A stretch of 63,357 nt of DNA, counting the filler, from Octopus bimaculoides (taxonomy: Eukaryota), in the NCBI RefSeq assembly GCF_001194135.2. It is 7 parts of 7 records of this genome, joined end to end, with 100 filler letters (N's around TTAATTAATTAA, not from the genome) between each part and the next. Parts side by side here need not be neighbours in the genome. Positions count along the whole stretch, not along the records: positions 49,130 to 55,708 come from NC_068997.1; positions 55,809 to 60,708 come from NC_069010.1; positions 60,809 to 63,357 come from NC_068985.1; 4 more parts are not named here. One strand, given 5' to 3'. Below the pieces are notes generated by a model that was not told the DNA's origin, made no database searches, and saw nothing but the letters and a program-made list of their open reading frames with translations. Both the position numbers and the translations under genes were made by a program. Positions 50,176 through 62,137 of the stretch are shown piece after piece; position 1 is the first letter of the stretch, and each line of letters opens with the position of its first letter.

Positions 50176-51534
50176 TATTGTAAATTTTAGAGGTAATACT
50201 TGATAATTGCAAGCACATGTATATGCCAGATAGTCGCCGAGGTGAAAGAATATATTAAAATGTAAAATGAAAACAGAACACAAAGGATTCCGCCGTACAC
50301 GTGTTNNNNNNNNNNNNNNNNNNNNNNNNNNNNNNNNNNNNNNNNNNNNNNNNNNNNNNNNNNNNNNNNNNNNNNNNNNNNNNNNNNNNNNNNNNNNNNN
50401 NNNNNNNNNNNNNNNNNNNNNNNNNNNNNNNNNNNNNNNNNNNNNNNNNNNNNNNNNNNNNNNNNNNNNNNNNNNNNNNNNNNNNNNNNNNNNNNNNNNN
50501 NNNNNNNNNNNNNNNNNNNNNNNNNNNNNNNNNNNNNNNNNNNNNNNNNNNNNNNNNNNNNNNNNNNNNNNNNNNNNNNNNNNNNNNNNNNNNNNNNNNN
50601 NNNNNNNNNNNNNNNNNNNNNNNNNNNNNNNNNNNNNNNNNNNNNNNNNNNNNNNNNNNNNNNNNNNNNNNNNNNNNNNNNNNNNNNNNNNNNNNNNNNN
50701 NNNNNNNNNNNNNNNNNNNNNNNNNNNNNNNNNNNNNNNNNNNNNNNNNNNNNNNNNNNNNNNNNNNNNNNNNNNNNNNNNNNNNNNNNNNNNNNNNNNN
50801 NNNNNNNNNNNNNNNNNNNNNNNNNNNNNNNNNNNNNNNNNNNNNNNNNNNNNNNNNNNNNNNNNNNNNNNNNNNNNNNNNNNNNNNNNNNNNNNNNNNN
50901 NNNNNNNNNNNNNNNNNNNNNNNNNNNNNNNNNNNNNNNNNNNNNNNNNNNNNNNNNNNNNNNNNNNNNNNNNNNNNNNNNNNNNNNNNNNNNNNNNNNN
51001 NNNNNNNNNNNNNNNNNNNNNNNNNNNNNNNNNNNNNNNNNNNNNNNNNNNNNNNNNNNNNNNNNNNNNNNNNNNNNNNNNNNNNNNNNNNNNNNNNNNN
51101 NNNNNNNNNNNNNNNNNNNNNNNNNNNNNNNNNNNNNNNNNNNNNNNNNNNNNNAAACTCCGGCGTTTCGAAGAATTAAGGCAGTACGCATCGTTAAAAT
51201 GGTTCTTCCCACGAACACAAATTAAATTTGTTTTCGTGGAGGGTAGTGGCGGACGGAAAACAAGACAGGAAAACGAAACGGTGAAATAAACAAACAAAAA
51301 GGCTGTACAGCCAGACGTGAAGTGTGTATGCTTTGAACGCTGTGAAGCACGTACAGGAGGGGCAAAGAAGTACCTGCGAGCTTGGTGATTCCAAGAACGA
51401 AAATAAATAGCAGCCGGACACACGTGACCAAGGTTGTGTGAAGAGATACTCATACATATATATATATATGCATTTGCATATATGTATGTGCGTTGGTGTG
51501 TGAGTGTGTTTCTACTCACGTTTATGCAAATGTA

Positions 51535-51579
<45 letters not shown>

Positions 51580-51763
51580 GTCTGTCTATCTATCTTATGT
51601 GTCTATCTGAATCTATTTTCTTTTCGTATTTATACAATGGACGAGTATATTTATCTATACACTGTATACGGATGTCCACACACGTGCAAGTCGCTACAAT
51701 TCAACTTTCCTCCGTCTATATCTGTGTGTGTATTAACATATATATATGTGTGTGTGTATTAAC

Positions 51764-51810
<47 letters not shown>

Positions 51811-52076
51811 TGTTTATTTATATGTATCTATATGTATATAGATATATAAGGTCAGGCGTGGGTCACGCCATGTGTGGAGGCGGTCAGAGTGTCTGTCGTT
51901 TAGACAACATAATTTCCCGCCATAATCAGCTGAAGGATGAAAAATGCTTCCAAAATATTTCCAAATATTTCTGCGATGAAACTGCTAAGATTAATGTATT
52001 TTCAGGAAGCCGAATACCAAACACTGAAATTTTTGTTTCCTTTTTAAAATTAATATATATATTTTATTTTTTTTAT

Positions 52077-52134
52077 TTTTTCAGTTAATTATAAGGCTTG
52101 TCCTTCAGGACAAGCCTCATAATTAACTGAAAAA
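52077..52134. repeat. Near-perfect 58-nt hairpin
   Basis: 28-bp arms (52077-52104 and 52107-52134), one mismatch, 2-nt spacer. Confidence 0.95.
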
Positions 52135-52703
52135 GAGTCGTAGTGTATGGTTACTGGTATTTTAGTGTTGGTAGTAGTAGTAGTAGTAGTAGTAGTAGTT
52201 GTTGTTCTTGTTCTTGTTGTACAGCGTTCTCTGATGAAACCTTATAAAGTAGATGTAAGATGAATGTAGTTCTAACTGTAACAATCTCGAGTTACTTTAT
52301 GTTGTTTTTTTTATTATTATTTATAAAGAATACTAAATGTCTCTTTAATCTTTTAAGACACTATAGTGAGATTTGACGTAGATTTGGCTGCTATTTCTGG
52401 CAACGGGCAAGGCCTTTTATAGAGTCATCTTCATCATTCGCTCATAACGGTACCTTAACTGATTTGCGCGTATGTGTGCGTCTATGTCTGTGTGTGCGTT
52501 TGTATGTAGGCATGTGTGTGAGAGTGAGTGTGCGCGTTCATATTGTTATTGAGTATGGAATGAGACAATTGGGCGTTGTAGCTTGGATGCAGACGATTTG
52601 GTACGACTGACTGGATATTCAGCTCATTTTGGCGACAGTAATTTCTGGCACTCGAGGCAAACAGACACACACACCTACCAATACGTATGACGTGCATACG
52701 TAT

Positions 52704-52888
52704 ACTCTTTACTCTTTACTCTTTACTCTTTTACTTGTTTCAGTCATTTGACTGTGGCCATGCTGGAGCACCGCCTTTAGTCGAGCTAATCGACCCCAGG
52801 ACTTATTCTTTGTAAGCCTAGTACTTATTCTATCGGACTCTCTTTGCCGAAGCACTAAGTTACGGGGACGTAAACACACCAGCATCGC
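52704..52888 (-). mobile_element. SINE core + CR1-like 3' tail ending in (AAAGAGT)n
   Basis: Minus: ...gaataagtactagg...tggggtcgattagctcgactaaaggcggtgctccagcatggccacagtcaaatgactgaaacaagtaaaagagt(aaagagt)n. Confidence 0.92.
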
Positions 52889-53013
52889 CACCTTTTGTTT
52901 CTTTTTATTTTATTATTGAAGTATTTTCACACTAAACTGGAGGATTACTCAATACATTCGGTACAGCATAAATTTATTATACTTTTATAAGAATTATATT
53001 GACAGTAACTTCG

Positions 53014-53076
53014 AAGTTTCGTTCAGCTAAGCCATTATCAGACGGTCCAATAATGGCGCTTAGATGGTCGAAACTT
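53014..53076. repeat. Imperfect hairpin with GTTTCG/CGAAAC arms
   Basis: aagtttcg/cgaaactt, ctaagc/gcttag and gccattat/ataatggc pairings. Confidence 0.8.
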
Positions 53077-53109
53077 TTGTTTCTGACAATACTATTCTTG
53101 CTGAAGAAG

Positions 53110-53650
<541 letters not shown>

Positions 53651-54109
53651 TATTCATATACCCACGCACATTTAGTCTGCAAGTAATTGATAACATCAGA
53701 GTTCTCTATCTCGCCCAGTTTTATTGCTCTTTACATGTCGGAAAATAGATATATCAATTTTCAAATCTAAATTGGCCTCATTAATTAATTTAACTAATAA
53801 TATTAGTATTTAACCCCAATTCAGCTCTGACTCAGTAAACCTGTGTACGAACAAAAAGTGACCCAGATGTGACCTGCTTAGTATATCATGGACTACATTA
53901 TCCTATATGACCAGGAAATTTTAAAGAAAAATAAATGAATTGAGAAAATAGACAAAGACTGCATGAAGCCTGCCCGATAGATTGTATCTGCAATTCGAAA
54001 TGTGCAGTCGTTCCAAAATGTGTCACACTGATTATACATCAGTTTATTTGAAGGTACTCATGTCTGTGGAATACTCAACCACCAGACACTAACACCTTAA
54101 TTTAATGAG

Positions 54110-54490
54110 TGTGGAGGCGTAATGGCCCAGTGGTTAGAGCAGAGGACTCGTGGTCGTAGGATCACGGTTTCGATTCCCAGACCGGGCGTTGTGAGTGTTT
54201 ATTGAACGAAAACACCTAAAGCTCCACGAGGCTCCGACATGGGATGGTGGCGAGCCCTGTTGTACTCTTGCACCACAACTTTCCCTCACTCTTACTTCCT
54301 GTTTCTGCTGTCCCTGTAATTCAAAGACTCAGCCTTGTCACACTCTGTGTCACGCTGAATCTCCCCGAGAACTACGTTAAGGGTACACGTGTCTGTGGAG
54401 TGCTCAGCCACTTGCACGTTAATTTCACGAGCAAGCTGTTCCGTTGATCGTATCAGCTGGGACCCTCGACGTCGTAACCGACAGAGTGCC
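54110..54490 (+). mobile_element. tRNA-derived SINE, another family
   Basis: A box TGGCCCAGTGG, B box GTTTCGATTCC; ~380-bp body distinct from the other SINE families here. Confidence 0.85.
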
Positions 54491-55430
54491 AACAATTCAA
54501 TAGGTGATGCAAAAAAGGGACAACAAAATATCCAGATAGATGATACAAAGAAAAACAAGGACGGGTCATTCGGAGTTTTCTTTCCTCAGTCGTGGTTTCT
54601 GAACTAACAGAAATGACAGCCAAACTCCTTCAAATCATAACGATACCTATATTAAAACGAAGAGAATTACCACCACCACCAACAACAACAACAACAACAA
54701 CAACAATGACCATAGCAGCAATTGTAAAATAATTAATATAATGCGACGCTCGTCGCAACTAAGTCCGAAGAAGTGATTGTTAATTGCTGTTGAACGTAAT
54801 TATACACACGCCAGTAGACACACACACACAAACTTACTCATACACACTCATACACATGCATGTATGTATACAAAAATGGCAACAACAACAATAAAATAAG
54901 TGGTACGGGGCTCACCCCGGTGAAGCCCAAATCAGTGACTGTTAATTGCTATGAACCGTAATTAAGTATATAATACGTGTATATATATATATATATATNN
55001 NNNNNNNNNNNNNNNNNNNNNNNNNNNNNNNNNNNNNNNNNNNNNNNNNNNNNNNNNNNNNNNNNNNNNNNNNNNNNNNNNNNATACATAACTACAATGA
55101 AAAATAGTACAATATAACGAAAACAAACCGACAACAAAAACTTAAATATGAAAACAAAAGAAACCAATTTGAAAAGAAACAGACATCTTCCAAAGCATCG
55201 AGTATCCGGTTTCAAATTGGACGGGTATCATTAATAAACTCCCGATACATCATACAGCCACCTACCTACCCGTCTTCATTCGTGTGCGGCTGCCAGCGCC
55301 ACCATAGTTTTTATAAAATAGGTTAAATTTCAGTTTCGACCCTCATTTACACTAATTATAAATCAATCAACCGTCATTTATCTATGTCAATATGTATGTA
55401 TGTTTGTTTGTATGTATGTATGTATGTATG

Positions 55431-55461
<31 letters not shown>

Positions 55462-55675
55462 ATATACACACACAAACACACACAACCACACACACACACA
55501 CACACACATACATATGGAAATACATATGTACGTATTTGTATGTATGTACACAAACACACACATATGAATAAATATACATATATATACAACCATATATAGT
55601 CATGCATATATGTACATACACATATATATATATGTGTAGATATTATTATATATGTATGTGTGTATGTATATGTAT

Positions 55676-55708
<33 letters not shown>

Positions 55709-55808
55709 NNNNNNNNNNNNNNNNNNNNNNNNNNNNNNNNNNNNNNNNNNNNTTAATTAATTAANNNNNNNNNNNNNNNNNNNNNNNNNNNNNNNNNNNN
55801 NNNNNNNN

Positions 55809-58300
55809 CGGTAGCCCGGCAAGAAATTCCTCGAGGACCACCCCACCATAAGGACCGCCATCACCTCCGAACAGCTGGGCGAAGTACTCCTGAAAGGCCT
55901 CACAAATTTTCTCGGGTTCGTTTACCATTTCGATTGGTCAAAGACACCATTTCGATTGGTCAAAGTCCGAATAGTGGAACTATTTCCTTGCCGAGCTTCC
56001 ACCACTCGGGCCCATCCAGCGGCCTTGATTCCTTCAATTCCCATCGCACGTAACTTACCTCTGGCAATACTTCCCATGTGTTGGGTTTCAAGATACTGGT
56101 TCAACTCCAATCTCTTTACCTTCACTTGGTCCGCATTACCAAACCTCAAAGCTTCTTCAAGTTCCTTATACCATCTCTTATTCTACGTCCCTTCTTAGCT
56201 AAACTTATGCTAAACTTAATAGACTCATATTTGAGGGCGTACCACCATTTATTATTATTGATGGTACCTGTCAATGTCTTCTATATTAACATCTTGATCT
56301 GCTTTCTGCATTCCTAAATCGCTAAAAGGGACGTATTGAGTTTCCAGTAGCCAGATCCCTGACTATGCAACTTATCTACCGTCAGTTTACAGGTAACCAT
56401 CTTGTGGTCACTGTAGCTGACTAGAAAAAACTGTGGACATTTAGCTATGGACTTATCTGTTTCTCTAATTAAAACCCTATTTATATATATTCTGGAAGAC
56501 CCGTCACTATTTGACCACGTCCACTGTGGAGTGTTCGGTTGTTCCAACCTATATGAATCTGCCAGTTGAAAGTGACTTAGTAGATCCCGAAAGTCAGGGT
56601 TATATTTTCTATTCATGTTCCAGCCAACACAGTCTGTGCGTGCATCACATATTGTGTTAAAGTCTCCTAACAATATTAGCGAATGCGACGTGGCCAGGAA
56701 CTTGGCCAGGTCACGAAAATATTCACTTTGCGGACCTATAAAATCGCAACCAGCCTGATTGTCTTGCCACAACTGAACGTTTGGTCGAGAACGACCAGCC
56801 TGCCTTCTAGATCAGAAAAAAAAAACTTTTTCTCGGTTACCCGGTTTCTCTTTACTTGGACCAAGACCCCGTCACCGCCACCCGCCCGTCTTGGAGAAAC
56901 GTATTTCTTGTAACCGNNNNNNNNNNNNNNNNNNNNNNNNNNNNNNNNNNNNNNNNNNNNNNNNNNNNNNNNNNNNNNNNNNNNNNNNNNNNNNNNNNNN
57001 NNNNNNNNNNNNNNNNNNNNNNNNNNNNNNNNNNNNNNNNNNNNNNNNNNNNNNNNNNNNNNNNNNNNNNNNNNNNNNNNNNNNNNNNNNNNNNNNNNNN
57101 NNNNNNNNNNNNNNNNNNNNNNNNNNNNNNNNNNNNNNNNNNNNNNNNNNNNNNNNNNNNNNNNNNNNNNNNNNNNNNNNNNNNNNNNNNNNNNNNNNNN
57201 NNNNNNNNNNNNNNNNNNNNNNNNNNNNNNNNNNNNNNNNNNNNNNNNNNNNNNNNNNNNNNNNNNNNNNNNNNNNNNNNNNNNNNNNNNNNNNNNNNNN
57301 NNNNNNNNNNNNNNNNNNNNNNNNNNNNNNNNNNNNNNNNNNNNNNNNNNNNNNNNNNNNNNNNNNNNNNNNNNNNNNNNNNNNNNNNNNNNNNNNNNNN
57401 NNNNNNNNNNNNNNNNNNNNNNNNNNNNNNNNNNNNNNNNNNNNNNNNNNNNNNNNNNNNNNNNNNNNNNNNNNNNNNNNNNNNNNNNNNNNNNNNNNNN
57501 NNNNNNNNNNNNNNNNNNNNNNNNNNNNNNNNNNNNNNNNNNNNNNNNNNNNNNNNNNNNNNNNNNNNNNNNNNNNNNNNNNNNNNNNNNNNNNNNNNNN
57601 NNNNNNNNNNNNNNNNNNNNNNNNNNNNNNNNNNNNNNNNNNNNNNNNNNNNNNNNNNNNNNNNNNNNNNNNNNNNNNNNNNNNNNNNNNNNNNNNNNNN
57701 NNNNNNNNNNNNNNNNNNNNNNNNNNNNNNNNNNNNNNNNNNNNNNNNNNNNNNNNNNNNNNNNNNNNNNNNNNNNNATGTCTTGAAAATAACAGTTTTC
57801 CTTTTTTCTGCCGTTAATTGTTCTGGTATTTCCACTTTTACCACTCCATCTTGTACCGTTATCTTTTCCTTGTATTTTAAGAATTCTTTTTTGTCAGTTG
57901 ACAGCTGTCGAGTTTCACTACCAGCTGTTGACGCAAAACTTTTTCTTTCTTCATTTTGAATGGCCTTTGCTCCTATATTTCTTTTAGCACCCGTAACTTT
58001 TGGTAATACAGGGAATTCACTTTCCGAAACATCAGAAATGTTATCCAAAATTAAACTTTCTATCTTCCTCGCTTCCTGCTCGGTCGATGAATCTTCACCC
58101 GACGAAGACACACTTTTCGGCATCTTGCGGCAATTAATGTTTTCCCCCTCAGGGGAAAACCACAAATAGCTTTCGAAAGAAAACTATGATACAATTTTTT
58201 AAACAATAGGTCTAACAATAGGCACAACAAGAGGTATAACGATATAACAATTAAAAGAAACTTACTTTACGAACACACTCCAACAATATATTTTCAATAA
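55809..58300 (-). mobile_element. Tx1/L1-like LINE 5' half: ORF1 + APE endonuclease, truncated by gaps
   Basis: EN 56314-56772 with LLGDFN, WTWSN, SRIY(I), YSDHKMV and GSGYWKLNTSLL; upstream ORF1-like MPKSVSSSGEDSS... from 58165. Confidence 0.9.
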
Positions 58301-58944
58301 CAGACAGACGAAATACTGCTCAGCATTTTGCCCGGCGTGCTAACATTTCTGCTAGCTTCCTGCCGCCTTAATATACTTAAATATTAATTTTACTGATATC
58401 AAGTATCAGTAGAAATTTATAGACGTTTGAAGCAAAAAAAAAAACAGTTTATCTTCTGTCTGATGGTCAAAAACATGATGTTTGTGTGTATGTAATCATC
58501 ATCCTCATCGCTCATCATCACTTGATTTCGGTTTTCTCTGCTGGCATGTGTTGGAGGGTTTGACGACAGCTAGCAAGCAGGACAACTACTCTAAATTCGA
58601 GTTTGATTTGGTTGGCTTTTACGGCTTCCTTACGTCGACCATTTTGCAGAATGTCACTAAGCATTTTCCCCGGTCGTTAATAATTGTTTCAAATTTGGGT
58701 ACAAGGCCAGCAATTTCAGGGACACGGCTATGTTCATTAAAACTACATGTTGTATCGATCCGGAAACGACGGAAAGCAGAGTGGATGCCTATGAAATTTG
58801 ATCTCAGAACGTAATGAAGTCCGAAACGCCACGACGCATTTTGTCCAGCCTGCTATCGATTCTACCATTATTTTGGCTTCCCGTGTGATAATACTCCGTT
58901 ATGATATTTAGCATATAATAATATTCTCTCATGATCTTTTCCAG

Positions 58945-59088
58945 TTGAACATGCTTCCTCAAGAAATATTACCACTGATTCTTTGCTTCTGTTTGCCTCC
59001 ATTGCTCTGTTCATTCTGGACATCATTGTTGGTTACTTTCTGTTCAAGAAATTGACAAGAAAAATGAGAACTCTTCAACGTCCAAATG
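58945..59088 (+). CDS. Candidate transmembrane exon 1 of a single-pass membrane protein (144 nt, phase 1-1)
   Basis: Acceptor gatcttttccAG, donor G|GTATTT; open frame EHASSRNITTDSLLLFASIALFILDIIVGYFLFKKLTRKMRTLQRPN = NxT sequon, 22-aa hydrophobic segment, basic stop-transfer. Confidence 0.78.
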
Positions 59089-59643
59089 GTATTTTAATTT
59101 TCTTCTTATATTTAAAGAATTTGTTTTAGATGCTTGACGCCCAATTGTTACTTACTTTGGGTATGAACGGTTGGTTTAAGTGTAAATTGGTTTCATATTT
59201 AGGCATAAAGCCAGCAAGTACACGGGCGAGGCTAAATCAATTACATCGATCTCCGTCCTCAGTTGGTACATATTTTATCGTTCCGAAAGAATAAAAGGTA
59301 AAGTTAACCTGGGTGGTGTAGTAGTCTGTAGCTAAATAGTTAAATGACTTTGCAAGAAGGTTTATTGAGTAATCTCCCTTTACGAAGTTTCTCGAAGCAT
59401 CTGTGTCATGAGAAGTAATTCTTAATTATTCAAGAAGCTTAGCATTTCTTTTGGAAGTTTCTAGAATGTCTAGCATTCCGTTAATAAAAACTGCTTACTA
59501 ACCCTGCTCTTCGCTTCTTAGTCGATTAGATTCAGAGCCATTCACGTCGTTACTATGTTCGTCTATTTCTCTACGCCACATGACTGAAAACCAGCACTTA
59601 GCTGTTATTTCTACATTTCCTGTTTCTGAACTTTCTTGCATAG

Positions 59644-59675
59644 ATTACTTCATTCAACTAGATTCGACATTTTGA
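59644..59675 (+). CDS. Candidate terminal exon for TM exon 1 (DYFIQLDSTF*)
   Basis: Acceptor tttcctgtttctgaactttcttgcatAG; phase-1 compatible; TGA 59673-59675; AATAAA 59695-59700. An alternative acceptor exists at 59521. Confidence 0.45.
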
Positions 59676-60169
59676 TTATGGTTCATCGTCGACCAATAAA
59701 TAGAACATATTTTTATATAGTAAATATATAATTCTTAAATTTATTCATTTTCCCTGTAAGAATTCTTTTAATAATATACACGCAGCCATATCAATACTTG
59801 CTATTGAACATATATTCCCACTACAGTGCTATTTCAAATTTGAACGTAAAGACTGACGAAATGCCTCTAAGAATTTTGTCGGGTGTGCTAACGATTGCAC
59901 CAGCTCACAGTCTTTCGAAATCTAAATATTGGTTTCAAGGTTCTGCAGAAGTTTAGCCATTTCGGGCAGGGGTTCAATCGATTGCATTCACCCCTGTTAT
60001 TCATTTTCTCTAACCATGGAATGTGATCTTAAAACGTAAACGTGGAGAAAATGCCGCTAAGCATTACGCCCAGCGCGCTGTCGATTCAACCAGTACATCG
60101 CTTTCCCATATAATACTAATTCATTATGATATTTAGCACTTTATGACACATTTTCTCAATCTTTTCCAG

Positions 60170-60310
60170 GTGAAGATGTTTCTCCAATAAATCTTACCAC
60201 TGAATTTGTCCTTCGGTTTGCATTTTGTGCTCTAATCTTTGCAATGAACACACCTGTTGCATTTGGTTGTAAGATGAGGAAAGAAACAAAAACTCTAAAA
60301 TGTGAGGATG
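60170..60310 (+). CDS. Candidate transmembrane exon 2, paralogue of exon 1 (141 nt, phase 1-1)
   Basis: Acceptor aatcttttccAG, donor G|GTGTTT (alternative in-frame donor TT|GTAAGA at 60268); EDVSPINLTTEFVLRFAFCALIFAMNTPVAFGCKMRKETKTLKCED; 27/34 nt identity to exon 1 at the 5' end. Confidence 0.68.
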
Positions 60311-60379
60311 GTGTTTTGATTTTATTCTTTTATTCTCTCAGCACATTGCCTTCTCATGTGACAATATCCCATTACGATA

Positions 60380-60708
60380 TGGAGGTCGGTGAGCTGGCAG
60401 AAGCGTTAGCACGCCGGGCGAAATGCTTAGCGGTATTTCGTCTGCCGTTACGTCCTGAGTTCAAATTCCGCCGAGGTCGTCTTTGCCTTTCATCCTTTCG
60501 AGGTCGATAAATGAAGTACTAGTTACGCAATGGGGTCGATGTAATCGACTTAGTCCCTTTGCCCATCTTTGTTTGTCCCCTCTATGTTTAGCCCCCTTGT
60601 GGACAATAAAGAAATAAGAAACGTTAGCACGCCGGGCGAAATGCTTAGCAATATTTCGTCTGCCATTACGTTCTGAGTTCAAATTCCGCCGTGGCCGACT
60701 TTGCCCTT
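60380..60708 (+). mobile_element. Two tandem SINE copies; the first carries a Tx1-like AATAAA tail
   Basis: Head gctggcagaagcgttagcacgccgggcgaaatgcttagc...gagttcaaattccgcc, repeated from 60620; tail ttgtcccctctatgtttagcccccttgtggacaataaagaaa. Confidence 0.92.
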
Positions 60709-62054
60709 NNNNNNNNNNNNNNNNNNNNNNNNNNNNNNNNNNNNNNNNNNNNTTAATTAATTAANNNNNNNNNNNNNNNNNNNNNNNNNNNNNNNNNNNN
60801 NNNNNNNNCACATCCTAGATACCACACGACCTACCTGTGGTCAGTTAAAAAATTTGGGTATTTTATGTTGGAAGAACTCAAAATCTTTTCAAAAAGGACT
60901 ATTTTGGTTTCCATGGCAAGTAAAATATTTTTCTTTCCCTTCTGTTTCTATTGGAAAAATCTCCCAATTTTTTTCAAGAAGAACTAGATATTTTTGTTTC
61001 AATGGCAAGTATAATTTTCTCAATTCTCAATCTTTTATTGTACTTCATTACATGGTAAAATCAGAAGAAAAACGAAAATAAAACATAAAACATCTGTAAA
61101 AAAATTGTTCTCTTAGTGTAGCAAAAGCACAAATCAAAGCAATCGGAGCATACCAGCTCACAGAAAGCCCATGGGGAAGAAATTGAAAAACGATCCACTG
61201 GAGGGTCGTACAGAACTCCCTAACATATCAACACGATCCACAGGCAGGACATGTGGGAGCCAACGTACTAAATATTAATTCAAATATACATAATGAACTT
61301 GTTTATTTGCTTGACATAATGTTTATTTACATCATACGTGATGTTTTGGTAGGGTAGTCTACTTTGCTTCATAAACTGTAAAAACCACAACTCATATCTC
61401 TGTTGAACGCATTTTGAAGGGTCGTGGTTAATTACGTATCTGTAGTGGAGGACGAGTGGAATAGTCTGCCTCGAATGGTACTTTTGGGTCTGCTGTATAA
61501 GACTATATAGGCTATAAAGGCCTGAATGTGGTGGCGGTGGTGGTGGCAAACACAAGAGTTGCCCTGAGTGGTACTCATTCTAACTATGCCATTAGTCGTG
61601 GTTTTCTTTATAACTAAAATATTTAAACCACGAACAATAGCTTATTTTAAACACATTTTCATAAACAATTTTTGTAGGTATTAGTAGGACATTGTACTGT
61701 CAGTGAGTAGAAACATGACTGATGAAGCAGTAGACCGATATAATTTCATTATATAAGTCCTTGCTTTCATTAAAATTTTCCATAAAGATTAATATATATT
61801 CATATAAATATCTAAAAAAAGCGCATTTTCGATGGGATAGTACAGAAAAACATGGATAATAAAACTATTGTGTAAAATTATCTTCTATCTAATTAAAACC
61901 TGGGAAGAAGTGTTTGTAAAACACCATTCTCTATATATTTGAGATCAACTCTCTCTCATCCTCTTCGGTTAGCAGGCCTCGAACCAGGAGCAATTGGTTT
62001 ACCGCACAGCATAGCATCGACCGGAACAACATACTCTTTCTTCCTCTCTGTCAG

Positions 62055-62137
62055 CAGAACGTACAGATCACACACTACCAACTACTAGCGAGCTATCAAC
62101 ACTATTTTCAATTACTACTAAGTGTGGACCTTTGTGA
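62055..62137 (+). CDS. Candidate terminal exon for TM exon 2 (AERTDHTLPTTSELSTLFSITTKC-GPL*)
   Basis: Strong acceptor ctctttcttcctctctgtCAG(CAG); phase-1 frame open to TGA 62135-62137. Speculative without transcript data. Confidence 0.3.

Noticed and set aside
52229-52275. Other CTGATGA occurrences (52230, ~10985, ~61719) as hammerheads
   Set aside because: No closing stem II plus GAAA at the required position.
53955-54050. Cys-rich reading LHEACPIDCICNSKC resembling an LRR N-cap
   Set aside because: In-frame stop just upstream and no credible acceptor or donor.
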